From positions 1,024,001-1,088,000 of the forward strand of contig OZ242011.1 of assembly GCA_965204755.1 (NCBI GenBank): a stretch of 64,000 nt of DNA, written 5' to 3'. The position numbers were made by a program, and so were the translations under genes. The notes under the pieces are model-generated. The model saw only the letters and a list, made by a program, of their open reading frames with translations, did no database searches and was not told where the DNA came from. Each line of letters opens with the position of its first letter. The stretch's first letter is position 1. Of this stretch, positions 27,177 to 35,988 are shown in pieces. The stretch is from Candidatus Marinacidobacterium sp. Lineage in GTDB: Bacteria; Acidobacteriota; Vicinamibacteria; Marinacidobacterales; Marinacidobacteraceae.

Positions 27177-29354
27177 TCACCGGCCGCACCCTTGACGATG
27201 ACCGGCCGGAAGATCGAAGGTAAACCGCGCTCCCCGGTTCCCGGGTTCGACTGACATCTTCCCGTCGTAAGCGGCGACGACTTCCCGGGCGACCGTCAGC
27301 CCCATTCCGATCCCTCCCGGTCTCGTCGTCACGCCCGGCAGGAACACTTCGTCCTCATCCTCGGCGGCGATGCCGGGACCGGAGTCTTCGACTCGAACCC
27401 TGACCCGGCCGGTCGGGCCGCGCGATTCGACGACGAAGCCGATCTCCCTCGGCCGGTCGTCGACGCCGCTCAACCAGTAGAGCGCGTTCGTAATCAGGTT
27501 CAGCAGTACGGTATCCAGTTCACCCGGATCGACCGCCACCACCGTACGGGAATCCGGGACGCTGCACTGAACCTCGAAGCGGCGAATACGCCCGCGCTCC
27601 AGGTCGAGGCACCGGTGGATGCACTCCTCGACTACCGCCGTTCGCTGCGCGCGACGGTACGATCGGCTGGCCAAGGGGGACAGTCCGTCCGACAGGGTTT
27701 CGAGCGCCATCGCGGCGTGGTCGGCGCGGGCGCGTTCGGTCTCCAGCCGCGGGTGCGGTTCGCGATCCAGGTGCTCCTTCATCGAGATCAGGAACCGGCC
27801 GATCGAAGTCGTGCGATTCCGGATCTCGTGCACCAGCATCTGCGCGATCGTCCCTACGGTCGCCAACTGGCTGTAGCGGACGAACCGGTCCCGGATCGCC
27901 GCCAAACTCTCCTCGGCCTGTTCGGCGTAACCCTCGACGACCGGCAGGACGGCGTTCGCGCCTGCCCCCTCCCGCGCGGCGGTCCGCGCGCGCTCCAGCA
28001 TGGCCCCGGGGGACAGGTCCGCGAACAGCGAGGTCATCGCCTTCCCCCGCTGCGGGTTCGGGCGGTCTCGATCTCGCTGCGCTTCCAGGGCCTTGACGAT
28101 CTCCTCGAGAAGTCTGCTGAAGTCCCTCAGCGCCGGCCCGTCCGTGAGCCGCTCCCGGTCGCTCGTGTCGCGGATCTCGGGATTGCTCCGTGACGAAATC
28201 GAGACGAAGCCGACGATCTGGTTCGTGCTCAGCCGCGTCCCGACCCTTCCGAGGCGCCGACGATCGAGTCCGAGCCAGTCTCTCGCCGCATCGGACTTCG
28301 GCAACACGAGGACGCCGTCGCGATAGACGGAAATCCCCCGGTGGGCGCGAATGGCGTTTCGGATGGCGCTTCGCTTCAGTTCGAACCGGTGGGTGGTCTC
28401 CCCGGCGCCGTCCCGATCGAGGTCCCAAGCCCGGATCTCGAAGTCGAAAGGGCCGCATCGCGGCGAATCGGCAGCGACGGGCGCCCGCGACGCTTCGTTA
28501 CCGTCCAGGACCTGCAGCCGACTCAGGTTGACCGCGCATTCCCTCGGGGCGCCGTCTTCCGCCAGCGGAGCGAACCGATACGACGCGGCGATGGCGCCGT
28601 CGGCATTCACGGAGCCCGCGATGCGGTATTTCGGCTTCGCCAGGAACTCGTCCGGCTCGATTCGAATCGCCTCGGCATCCCCGGCGCCGGGCGGCGACAG
28701 GAAGAGATGGAATTCCCCGGCGTCGGCGAACGGCGGGACGAGCCGCGACAGGTCGGCGCGAAGGTCCTCGATCCGCTCCGCGGTCCACTCCTGTTTCAAG
28801 TCGCTCACGCGGATTCTCGTTCCCGGCCCCCGAAGACCGTCCTCGCGCGGCCTCAACTCGACGGAGCCCCGCGCCGAATCGTCCGTCTTCGCCAGCGACG
28901 GCCAGGAGACCCGCGCCTCCAGGCACGGCTCGCCCGGCGCCCGCGTCCACATGCGGAACTCGTCACCGAGGCGAGCGGCGGACAGCCGACCGATTCCCTT
29001 CTCCCCCGAAGCGCGCCGCCGACCGGAGACCCCGCCGATCACCGGATTCCGGGCCTTGTGGGGCGTGGCCACGACGCACCAGACCTCCTCGACGGTCTCG
29101 CGGCTCATTCCGCAACCGTCATCTTCGACCTCCAAGTACTCGGGGATCGGCGACCCTCCGCCGAAACGCACGGTGACCCTGCGCGCCCCGGCGTCGTACG
29201 AGTTCTTCACCAGTTCCATCACAGCAACGACATCGTCGGTGACGAGGTCCGCACCCAGCGCGGCGAAGACGCGCGGATGGAACCGGAAGGGAATCTTCGC
29301 GGGCGGCGCGGCGCCCGCCGGCGCCGCGGGCGCGGCCGGTGCGGCCGTCGCCAT
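27177..29354 (-). CDS. GHKL (MORC/Hsp90-like) ATPase fused to a histidine kinase
   Basis: N-terminal ELVKNSYDA, EDDGCGM, GEKGIGR, GTRI; C-terminal H-box LVHEIRN, N-box NLITNALYW, EDSGPGI, GGIGMGL. Confidence 0.85.
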   Translation of the reverse strand: MATAAPAAPAAPAGAAPPAKIPFRFHPRVFAALGADLVTDDVVAVMELVKNSYDAGARRVTVRFGGGSPIPEYLEVEDDGCGMSRETVEEVWCVVATPHKARNPVIGGVSGRRRASGEKGIGRLSAARLGDEFRMWTRAPGEPCLEARVSWPSLAKTDDSARGSVELRPREDGLRGPGTRIRVSDLKQEWTAERIEDLRADLSRLVPPFADAGEFHLFLSPPGAGDAEAIRIEPDEFLAKPKYRIAGSVNADGAIAASYRFAPLAEDGAPRECAVNLSRLQVLDGNEASRAPVAADSPRCGPFDFEIRAWDLDRDGAGETTHRFELKRSAIRNAIRAHRGISVYRDGVLVLPKSDAARDWLGLDRRRLGRVGTRLSTNQIVGFVSISSRSNPEIRDTSDRERLTDGPALRDFSRLLEEIVKALEAQRDRDRPNPQRGKAMTSLFADLSPGAMLERARTAAREGAGANAVLPVVEGYAEQAEESLAAIRDRFVRYSQLATVGTIAQMLVHEIRNRTTSIGRFLISMKEHLDREPHPRLETERARADHAAMALETLSDGLSPLASRSYRRAQRTAVVEECIHRCLDLERGRIRRFEVQCSVPDSRTVVAVDPGELDTVLLNLITNALYWLSGVDDRPREIGFVVESRGPTGRVRVRVEDSGPGIAAEDEDEVFLPGVTTRPGGIGMGLTVAREVVAAYDGKMSVEPGNRGARFTFDLPAGHRQGCGR

Positions 29355-29356
29355 GG

Positions 29357-29848
29357 TCAGCGGCGGGCGGCCGAACGGCGCCGACCGTCCGGGCCCGGTA
29401 TCTCGAGGAACGGTAGGCTCGACCGGACGAAGTCGGCCGCTTCGCGGCACGCCTCGTCGAGCGCGCGGTCGCGGTCGAGGCCGGCGCGGCGGAAACGGCA
29501 TTCCCAGATGGTCAGCACCCGCCATCCGAGGCTCCGCAGCCGGGACACGGCGCGGGCGTCCCGCTCCGCGTTGCGTTCCAGTTTCTCCTTCCACCAGTCG
29601 CGGCGGGTGTCCGGGATCGAAGACAACTCGCAGCCGTGGAGATGCCAGAAGCACCCGTGGACGAAGACGGCGGAGCGATGCTTCGGGAACACGAAGTCGG
29701 GCGTGCCCGGAAGGTCCCGGCGGTGCAGCCGGTAGCGCAGTCCTTGGGCGAACAGGCGCTTTCGCACCGCGACCTCGATCCGGGAATTGCGCGACCGCAC
29801 CGCGGACATCATCCGACTTCTGGTCCGCGCATCCACGGTGTCCGTCAC
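29357..29848 (-). CDS. vsr: Very short patch repair endonuclease
   Basis: Motifs RSRMMSAVRSRN, LPGTPD, FVHGCFWH, GWRVLTIWEC. Confidence 0.93.
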   Translation of the reverse strand: MTDTVDARTRSRMMSAVRSRNSRIEVAVRKRLFAQGLRYRLHRRDLPGTPDFVFPKHRSAVFVHGCFWHLHGCELSSIPDTRRDWWKEKLERNAERDARAVSRLRSLGWRVLTIWECRFRRAGLDRDRALDEACREAADFVRSSLPFLEIPGPDGRRRSAARR

Positions 29849-30294
29849 GACTGCTCCCGCACTGCTTTCGAAAGGTTGTCCCCCGGCGGGCTGCCGGGGG
29901 AAGCGGTCCGTCGTTCCCGACACGAACGACGAACGGCAGGTCAGCAACCAATCGTAGCGGAAGGCCGGGGCCGGATAGCGCAGGCCGGGCGGCGGCGCCG
30001 CCGGGCGCCGCTCGGCCCGCCGCCGTCGGATGCGGGGATCGCGCCGCCGAAGAAGCCCCGGGGCGGAAGCCGCGGAAGGCGGGCGCGACGCCGCCCCGAG
30101 TCCGAGGCGCCGGTCGCCGCCCCTTGCCTCCGGTTCGGTATCGTTCGGCCCGCCGTCGCCGAACGGCCCACCCTGAAACCATTGCTCATCCGCTCGCCCC
30201 TCGGGCGCTCGCTCGCCTCGCCACGGAGCCTCTCCGGCGCATCCACGCGACGGAGCGCCGGATCACCCCCCGGAGCGGTTCGCTCTCTGACCGC

Positions 30295-31200
30295 ATGAGC
30301 CGCGAGACCACCGACCCCGCCGTCCGCAGCGCCGCCTTCGCGTGGCTCAGGCAGCAAGCGGAACGACGAGGACAGCCGATCTTCGACTTCCGGGAACTCG
30401 AGCGCGGCTTCGAGGTCGGCGGTGAGAAGTTGACGCTGGTCAGCGTGCAGGGGATCTGGACGCCGAAACTCTGCGCCGTACCCATCTCGGTGCGCACCGC
30501 CGCGCCGCGTCGGAACGCATCCCGCCCCTACGAGGACACTTTCTCCGAAGGACTCGCCTCCTACAAGTACTTCGGTACCGATCCAAACCATCTCGACAAC
30601 ACGCGTCTTCGCCAAGCCATGCGACAGAGGGTGCCGCTGGTTTACTTCCTCGGCGTCGTCGGGAGCAGGTACCTGGCGGCGTGGCCGGTCTTCGTCGTTC
30701 ACGACGATCCCGAGAACCACGAATTCCGGCTCCGCATCCACGAATCGCTGCCGGCGGCGCAGGAAACGCCGTGGCTCTCGCCCGACCGGCCCGACTCGAC
30801 CACGGAAGACGAGGTCAGCGAAACCCTCTTCCGGGAGCGGGTTCTCGACGCGTATCGGACGCAGTGCGCCGTGTGCCGCCTGCAGGTGCGGGGCCTGCTC
30901 GGCGCCGCCCGCATCTGGCCGCGCAGCGATGGCGGCCAGCCGCTCGTCGACAACGGCATGGCACTCTGCGAACTCCACCGCGCGGCGTTCGACCGGATGT
31001 TCCTCGGCATTCGACCGGACTTCACCGTGGAAGTGCGGCGGGAGGTTCTCGATCACCCGGACGACTCGCCGGTGCGCCGAGGGCTGCTGGACATCCACGG
31101 CTCGAAGATCGCCGTTCCGCGTCGGGAGAACGACCGCCCGGATCCCCTCCTGCTGGCCATGCGGCTCGAGCGGTTCCGGCAGGCGCCGCTCCACCTCTGA
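30295..31200 (+). CDS. HNH endonuclease-family protein with apparently degenerate active site
   Basis: QGIW.P N-domain; FRERVLDAYRTQCAVC...AARIWP...NGMALCELHRAAFD...RPD; His residues of the AAHI and LHH motifs are replaced by Arg. Confidence 0.8.
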   Translation: MSRETTDPAVRSAAFAWLRQQAERRGQPIFDFRELERGFEVGGEKLTLVSVQGIWTPKLCAVPISVRTAAPRRNASRPYEDTFSEGLASYKYFGTDPNHLDNTRLRQAMRQRVPLVYFLGVVGSRYLAAWPVFVVHDDPENHEFRLRIHESLPAAQETPWLSPDRPDSTTEDEVSETLFRERVLDAYRTQCAVCRLQVRGLLGAARIWPRSDGGQPLVDNGMALCELHRAAFDRMFLGIRPDFTVEVRREVLDHPDDSPVRRGLLDIHGSKIAVPRRENDRPDPLLLAMRLERFRQAPLHL

Positions 31201-31261
31201 CCACTCCCACGGCGGCTATCGTTCTCTCCCACCCGGCTACACCCCGAGGCAGAGTCCACAC

Positions 31262-31588
31262 ATGAATCCCACGCAACAGACCACGCCGCCGATCGTCTGG
31301 GACGGCTCTACCTTCCACATCAACCTGAAGGCCGCGAACATCGAGGCGAAGTGGACGCCGGATGTCACCTTCGTCATCCGGGTCCGCGAAGTCGGCAAGG
31401 AATGGAGCGTCGGCTTCGAGACGCCGCTCACCGGCTGCAGCCTGAACGGCCTCGCCCCGGACACCGACTACGAGATGGAAGTGCGGACGAAGCAGGGCTC
31501 GAAACTGGGTTCGCCCACGAAGGTCCGCATCCGCCCCGACTCGAGCGGCGTGTTCACGCAGGACATCGCCCCGGAGCGCACCCAGTAG
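31262..31588 (+). CDS. Small stand-alone fibronectin type III-like protein
   Basis: W...F.IRVRE...W...LNGLAPDTDYEMEVR (tyrosine-corner motif LxPxTxY); no signal peptide seen. Confidence 0.6.
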   Translation: MNPTQQTTPPIVWDGSTFHINLKAANIEAKWTPDVTFVIRVREVGKEWSVGFETPLTGCSLNGLAPDTDYEMEVRTKQGSKLGSPTKVRIRPDSSGVFTQDIAPERTQ

Positions 31589-31629
31589 CGGATCACACGC
31601 CGCCGCGCCGCCGGGCAAGACGCCCGGCG

Positions 31630-32700
31630 TCAACTCACATTGAAGCGGACGACGAGGACATCGCCGTCCTGGACCGGGTAGTCCTTTCCTTCCAGCCGCA
31701 ACGCGCCGGCGCGGCGGCAGGCGTCCCAGGAACCGTGTTCCACCAGCGTGTCGTAGTGGACGACTTCGGCGCGGATGAAGCCGCGCTCCATATCGGAATG
31801 GATGGTTCCGGCGGCTTCCTGCGCCCGCGTGTTGCGGCGGATGAGCCAGGCGCGGGACTCGGTGTCGCCGGCGGTGTAGAAGACGACGCGGTCCATCAAC
31901 TCGAAGATGGCGCGCACCACGCGGTCGGCGGCGCCGGATTCGACGCCGAGGTCGGCGCGGAAGGCAGCGGCGTCCGCCTCCGGGAGTTCGGCGATCTCGG
32001 ATTCGATGCCGGCGGATACCACCGCGAGGCGGGTCTCCGAACCGGCGGCCGACTCGGCCAGCGCGGCGAGCGCCGGGGACGACGCTCCCTCGCCGGCGGC
32101 GTCTTCGCCCACATTGGCGACGATCAACTGGGGTTTGGCGCTCAGCAGGCCATAGCCGGCGAGCCGCTTCCGTTCCGCGACACTCAGCGCGTCGCGGAGC
32201 GGGCGCTCCTCCTCGACGAGGCCGCGGGCGCGGTCGAGCAGGTCGCGTTCGCCGCGCACCGCTTCCGGTTTGCCGCGGGCGCGGTCGGCGTCGAGGCGGG
32301 TGATGCGCTTTTCCAGCACCGAGAGGTCGGCGAGCAGCAACTCCAGGTCCAGGTTCGCCGCGTCCCGCGCCGGGTCCACGGTTTCGAGCGGCGCGGGAAC
32401 CGCCGGGTCGTCGAACGCGCGAACCACATGGACGACCGCGTCCACATCGCGCACCGCCGCGAGGTTCTCCGTCTGCCCCCCGGCGCCGCGCCGGAGCGCG
32501 GGGAGCAGTACGACCTCCACGGTCGCCGGAGTCGTCTTGCGGGATTCGTGGAGCCGCGTCAGCGTTTCGAGGTGTTCGTCGGGCACGGCCAGCACGCCGC
32601 GCTTCGCCTCCTGCGCGTACCCGCCGGGGGCGATCCGCGTGAGGAGCGAGAACAGCGTCTTCTTCCCGGAGGCGGGAAACCCGACGATCCCGGCGCGCAT
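31630..32700 (-). CDS. ychF: YchF-like (Obg family) ATPase, divergent
   Basis: Motifs GIVGFPASGKKT, HVVRAF, ELLLADL, LLSAKP, FYTAG..E.RAW, AAGTIHSDMERGFIRAEV, EGKDYPVQDGDV. Confidence 0.85.
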   Translation of the reverse strand: MRAGIVGFPASGKKTLFSLLTRIAPGGYAQEAKRGVLAVPDEHLETLTRLHESRKTTPATVEVVLLPALRRGAGGQTENLAAVRDVDAVVHVVRAFDDPAVPAPLETVDPARDAANLDLELLLADLSVLEKRITRLDADRARGKPEAVRGERDLLDRARGLVEEERPLRDALSVAERKRLAGYGLLSAKPQLIVANVGEDAAGEGASSPALAALAESAAGSETRLAVVSAGIESEIAELPEADAAAFRADLGVESGAADRVVRAIFELMDRVVFYTAGDTESRAWLIRRNTRAQEAAGTIHSDMERGFIRAEVVHYDTLVEHGSWDACRRAGALRLEGKDYPVQDGDVLVVRFNVS

Positions 32701-32789
32701 GGGAAGGCGTCGCCCGTTACGACCTTTGTTCGACGGTACTCACGAGCCTGTGAGAGGCACAGCCTGGGAGCACATCCCCCGCAACGGAT

Positions 32790-33257
32790 CTAAACGGCGG
32801 TCGCAGAGATCAGACGCCCGCCGCAGGGAATCGTGCGTACTTTGTTTTTGCGACCTCGGAAGACTACCCGCTCGTGTTTGAGTGCGGCTCTACGACGTCT
32901 ACCGAGTGCCCGACCTCCGTACGCCAACACTGGCCGCATCTGGACCGACATGTCACGAGGCAACCAGCGATCTGCTGCGCAAGCTCCCCCTTGCAGCTGT
33001 AGCACGGCATGTGAAATGTCAAAGGTCTGACCCTTCAGTTCAAGCGGCGAAATCCAGCCCGAGACACCACCCCCGACCGCAACGACATAGTCACAGTGCG
33101 GGCCCGGTGGGAGGCCCACGCTCGGGTGATCCAAATCGATCACGACATACCGGTCCATGATGCGACTCAGGGAGACGGTGCAACGTACCTTCTTGCATCG
33201 TCTCACCTGTGGCTCCGTACCGACCGCAGTCGCCACTGTGGCGGCTACACCGCTCAT
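32790..33257 (-). CDS. Small hypothetical protein, possible PD-(D/E)xK nuclease
   Basis: CDYV...PLELKG...QLQ pattern; start overlaps the AAA ATPase stop by 4 nt; lower GC. Confidence 0.55.
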   Translation of the reverse strand: MSGVAATVATAVGTEPQVRRCKKVRCTVSLSRIMDRYVVIDLDHPSVGLPPGPHCDYVVAVGGGVSGWISPLELKGQTFDISHAVLQLQGGACAADRWLPRDMSVQMRPVLAYGGRALGRRRRAALKHERVVFRGRKNKVRTIPCGGRLISATAV

Positions 33258-34735
33258 TCTTGCGCTTCTTGGTAACGGTTGTAGATCTCAGCGCTCTCGT
33301 TGTAGAGAACCTCGCTCACTGCGTCGAAGCCGGTGGGATACTCACCCGTTTCCCGGTCCAACCCGATCTCATCAACTACCGAACCTCGTGGCCTGCGGCT
33401 TTCCCGAAACAACCAAACCCCTACATCCGTCGAGGGCAGAGCGAACTGCGAACTCGACATTCCCTCCCGGTGCTCGTCCGGGAGCGACGAGATTTGCACC
33501 AAGTTCCCGATCTGGTAAAGCAGCCACTCACTGTGCGTAGTAATGACCACACGGACGCCGCGCTGGACTACACGGACGAGCTCCCGGGCCAAGGCAGTCT
33601 GATTCGCGGGATGCAGATGCGCCTCTGGCTCCTCGATGATCAAGACGTCCCCTCGACGAACTCTATAGCGAAGGTACAGAACGACCGGCGCAAGTTCGGA
33701 CACCATGGAAGAAGCGCGAATCAATGGAAGATCGTCGGTCTTCCACTCGTCAGGCCGATAAGTGAAAGTCGGATAGCCGACCTCGTTCTTCGTGACGCGA
33801 ACGCTCCCCCGCAGAATGCGCTCGATGCTAGTGCCGAGATCGTGTCCCTTCGGCACCTGCCGATGTGTCCCGATGTCTATCAGTTGACTCAGGAAATCAG
33901 CCAACACACCGGACAACATGGGCGTGTCCCGAGGTCCTGGTCGGAGCCCAGCGGAAGCTGCACTCTGTATGAGCGTGTTGACGACGACCTGATGGCCGTG
34001 CATTACGCCGGTTCTGTCTGCCGGGAGATAGTCGGCGTGGCGGAGGGCCGGACGGAAACTAGCAGCGAAGACCGCGTTGGAGATTTCGTGAAACAGGAAC
34101 TGATACTCCTCCCGCATACGACCACGTCCGAGATACGCTCTCCATCGATCCGCGCTCTCCGACAGCGGTGCCTCGGCTGTCAAGTTCGACAAAGTTGCGG
34201 TGGGTTTCCCGCTTGGCCCTCGGCGACCAAAGTCAAAGTGCAATACCGACTCCTGCGCGTGCTGTCGTGCGCGAACGACAATGCTCGATCGCAGGGCAGA
34301 ACTGCTCTCACGAACGAGGTCCGGCAGGCCATCCACACCGAAACACCGGTGGATCTCGGCTGCGACCGTGCGTCGGACTCGCGGCCCATAACCCGTTCGT
34401 ATCGCTGTGTCGATTTCTTCGGGGAGAGGCGTAGACGCGGCTCCTGCACTCAGCCAAGCCGTCAGTGCCTTTCCGACAGGCTCCGAGACGGCCGCGGGTG
34501 CACTCAGTCTCTCGGGAAACCACAAATAGTCTCCGTGTCGGCGAGGGGGGGCGGAGAAGAGACTCCGATGTAGGGCATAGAGCAGGATGGCGAGGTAGGA
34601 CTTCCCCGTGTTGCTCGGCCCCACGAACACCGTGAGTGGGCGCAGCGCGACGGACGCCGTCACGATCGGACCGAAGTTGGCAACCTCCAGAGAATAGGCA
34701 CCGTTGGCGTTGGCTGCGCGTTTCGGTTTGGTCAT
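33254..34735 (-). CDS. AAA_15/AAA_21-type (ABC-like) ATPase
   Basis: Motifs NFGPI, VFVGPSNTGKS, YLPADRTG, ASSMVSEL, IIEEPEAHLHP, ITTHS. Confidence 0.88.
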   Translation of the reverse strand: MTKPKRAANANGAYSLEVANFGPIVTASVALRPLTVFVGPSNTGKSYLAILLYALHRSLFSAPPRRHGDYLWFPERLSAPAAVSEPVGKALTAWLSAGAASTPLPEEIDTAIRTGYGPRVRRTVAAEIHRCFGVDGLPDLVRESSSALRSSIVVRARQHAQESVLHFDFGRRGPSGKPTATLSNLTAEAPLSESADRWRAYLGRGRMREEYQFLFHEISNAVFAASFRPALRHADYLPADRTGVMHGHQVVVNTLIQSAASAGLRPGPRDTPMLSGVLADFLSQLIDIGTHRQVPKGHDLGTSIERILRGSVRVTKNEVGYPTFTYRPDEWKTDDLPLIRASSMVSELAPVVLYLRYRVRRGDVLIIEEPEAHLHPANQTALARELVRVVQRGVRVVITTHSEWLLYQIGNLVQISSLPDEHREGMSSSQFALPSTDVGVWLFRESRRPRGSVVDEIGLDRETGEYPTGFDAVSEVLYNESAEIYNRYQEAQE

Positions 34736-35008
34736 CTTGCTGTCTGCCGGGAAGGCCGATCTAGGGCTGCCGGACGATGGATCGTACACCGACGGATGCC
34801 CCCGATGTAGCCGCCTGTGCGGTCCCTGCCGGAGTCGCAGGTGCCCGAAGTCCGGGCGAAGACAACACTTGACTGGCCGGATGACCATCCAAGATGCAGT
34901 AGCGCAGCTGGCTGTATCGGCAGCCGCCGAAGACCGCGAACGAGGCTGACCCGGCACCGGTCCTGGCCATCTCGCACGCTACCACGCGCCCAGCAGGCCC
35001 CCGGGCGG

Positions 35009-35267
35009 TCAGTCGGAGGAACGGAGAGCGAGGAACAGCAGGCCGGCGATGGCGGACCCCGGTCGGGATCAACCGTCTCTCGACGCCGGCGATGTCGGCG
35101 CGGAGGTCGGCCCGCGCCCCGGCCGGGGCGGCGTGGAGGTCGGCCTTCGTGACCGGATCGGATCGGGAATTCACGATCGCCGCCGCGATGGCCTCGGCCG
35201 CCGGCGACTCGAGTCCCGCCGCCTCGAGGCGCCGAACCGCGGCGCGCGGGTCGAACGGGTGGGCCAT
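35009..35267 (-). pseudogene. Frameshifted DUF1640/CCDC90-like coiled-coil membrane protein
   Basis: MAHPFDPRAAVRRLEAAG...AEAI...VTKADL; the hydrophobic tail AIAGLLFLALR lies in a shifted frame after about 35055; paralogous to 63341..63736. Confidence 0.65.
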
Positions 35268-35371
35268 GAGGTGAACCAAGAGTAGCCGCGACACGGCCTC
35301 CCGCAGCGTCCGTCGAGCGACGCCCGGCGGGCCGCCCTCGCCCCGGCCCCGACGCTCCCGGTCGGTTGGCG

Positions 35372-35395
35372 GTGGTAATTAGTGGAAAAAAGTGG
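35372..35395 (+). promoter_or_regulatory. MraZ-binding boxes in the dcw promoter
   Basis: GTGG at 35372, 35382 and 35392 (10-bp period, A-rich spacers) upstream of mraZ. Confidence 0.75.
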
Positions 35396-35530
35396 TAAAA
35401 CAAGTTCGGCGCACCCCGTCCCGACCGCCCAACCGCCGCCGGCAGCGGCCCCTCCGCTGCCCGGCGACCGCCCGGGCGGCCCGGCTGCCGCGCGCCCCTC
35501 CCCCCACTCCCCCACCGATCAGAGACCCCC

Positions 35531-35959
35531 ATGTTCCGCGGCAACCACCCCGCCACCGTGGACGGGAAGGGGAGGCTCAAGGTGCCGGCGGCCTTCCTCG
35601 GGCGGCTGCGCGAGGAGCACGGCGGGCGGCTGTTCGTCACCAGCCCGGACGGGCGGAGCGTGTGGATCTACCCGATGGCCCACTGGGAGAAGGTCGAGGC
35701 CGACCTCCGCGAGAAGGGCGTCTGGGCCCGGTTCTCCCGGCAGGTCAACTACTACGGCCAGGAACTCGAACTCGACCCGCAAGGGCGCGTCCTCCTCCCG
35801 AAGCACCTGCGGGCCAAGGCCGGCACCGCCGGGAAGGTGGATGTGATCGGCCGCGGCCGGTTCCTCGAGGCTTGGGACCACGAGACCCTCATCGCCCAAC
35901 TCGAGGGCGATCCGCTGGACGAGGACGACCAGGAAGCCCTCGCCGAGGCGGGGAACTGA
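35531..35959 (+). CDS. mraZ: Division/cell wall cluster transcriptional repressor MraZ
   Basis: MFRG..., VDGKGRLKVP, LDPQGRVLLP, LEAWD. Confidence 0.93.
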   Translation: MFRGNHPATVDGKGRLKVPAAFLGRLREEHGGRLFVTSPDGRSVWIYPMAHWEKVEADLREKGVWARFSRQVNYYGQELELDPQGRVLLPKHLRAKAGTAGKVDVIGRGRFLEAWDHETLIAQLEGDPLDEDDQEALAEAGN

Positions 35960-35988
35960 CCGCCACGCCCGAGGCGCGCCCCCTCGCC

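Noticed and set aside
27177-31200. Long N-terminal extensions of the kinase (to 30182) and of the HNH protein (from 28351)
   Set aside because: They overlap vsr or the kinase in other frames or strands; real starts were placed at 29354 and 30295.
24331-35300. Prophage, IS or integrative element carrying the defence genes
   Set aside because: No integrase, transposase, terminal repeats or phage structural genes were recognised.
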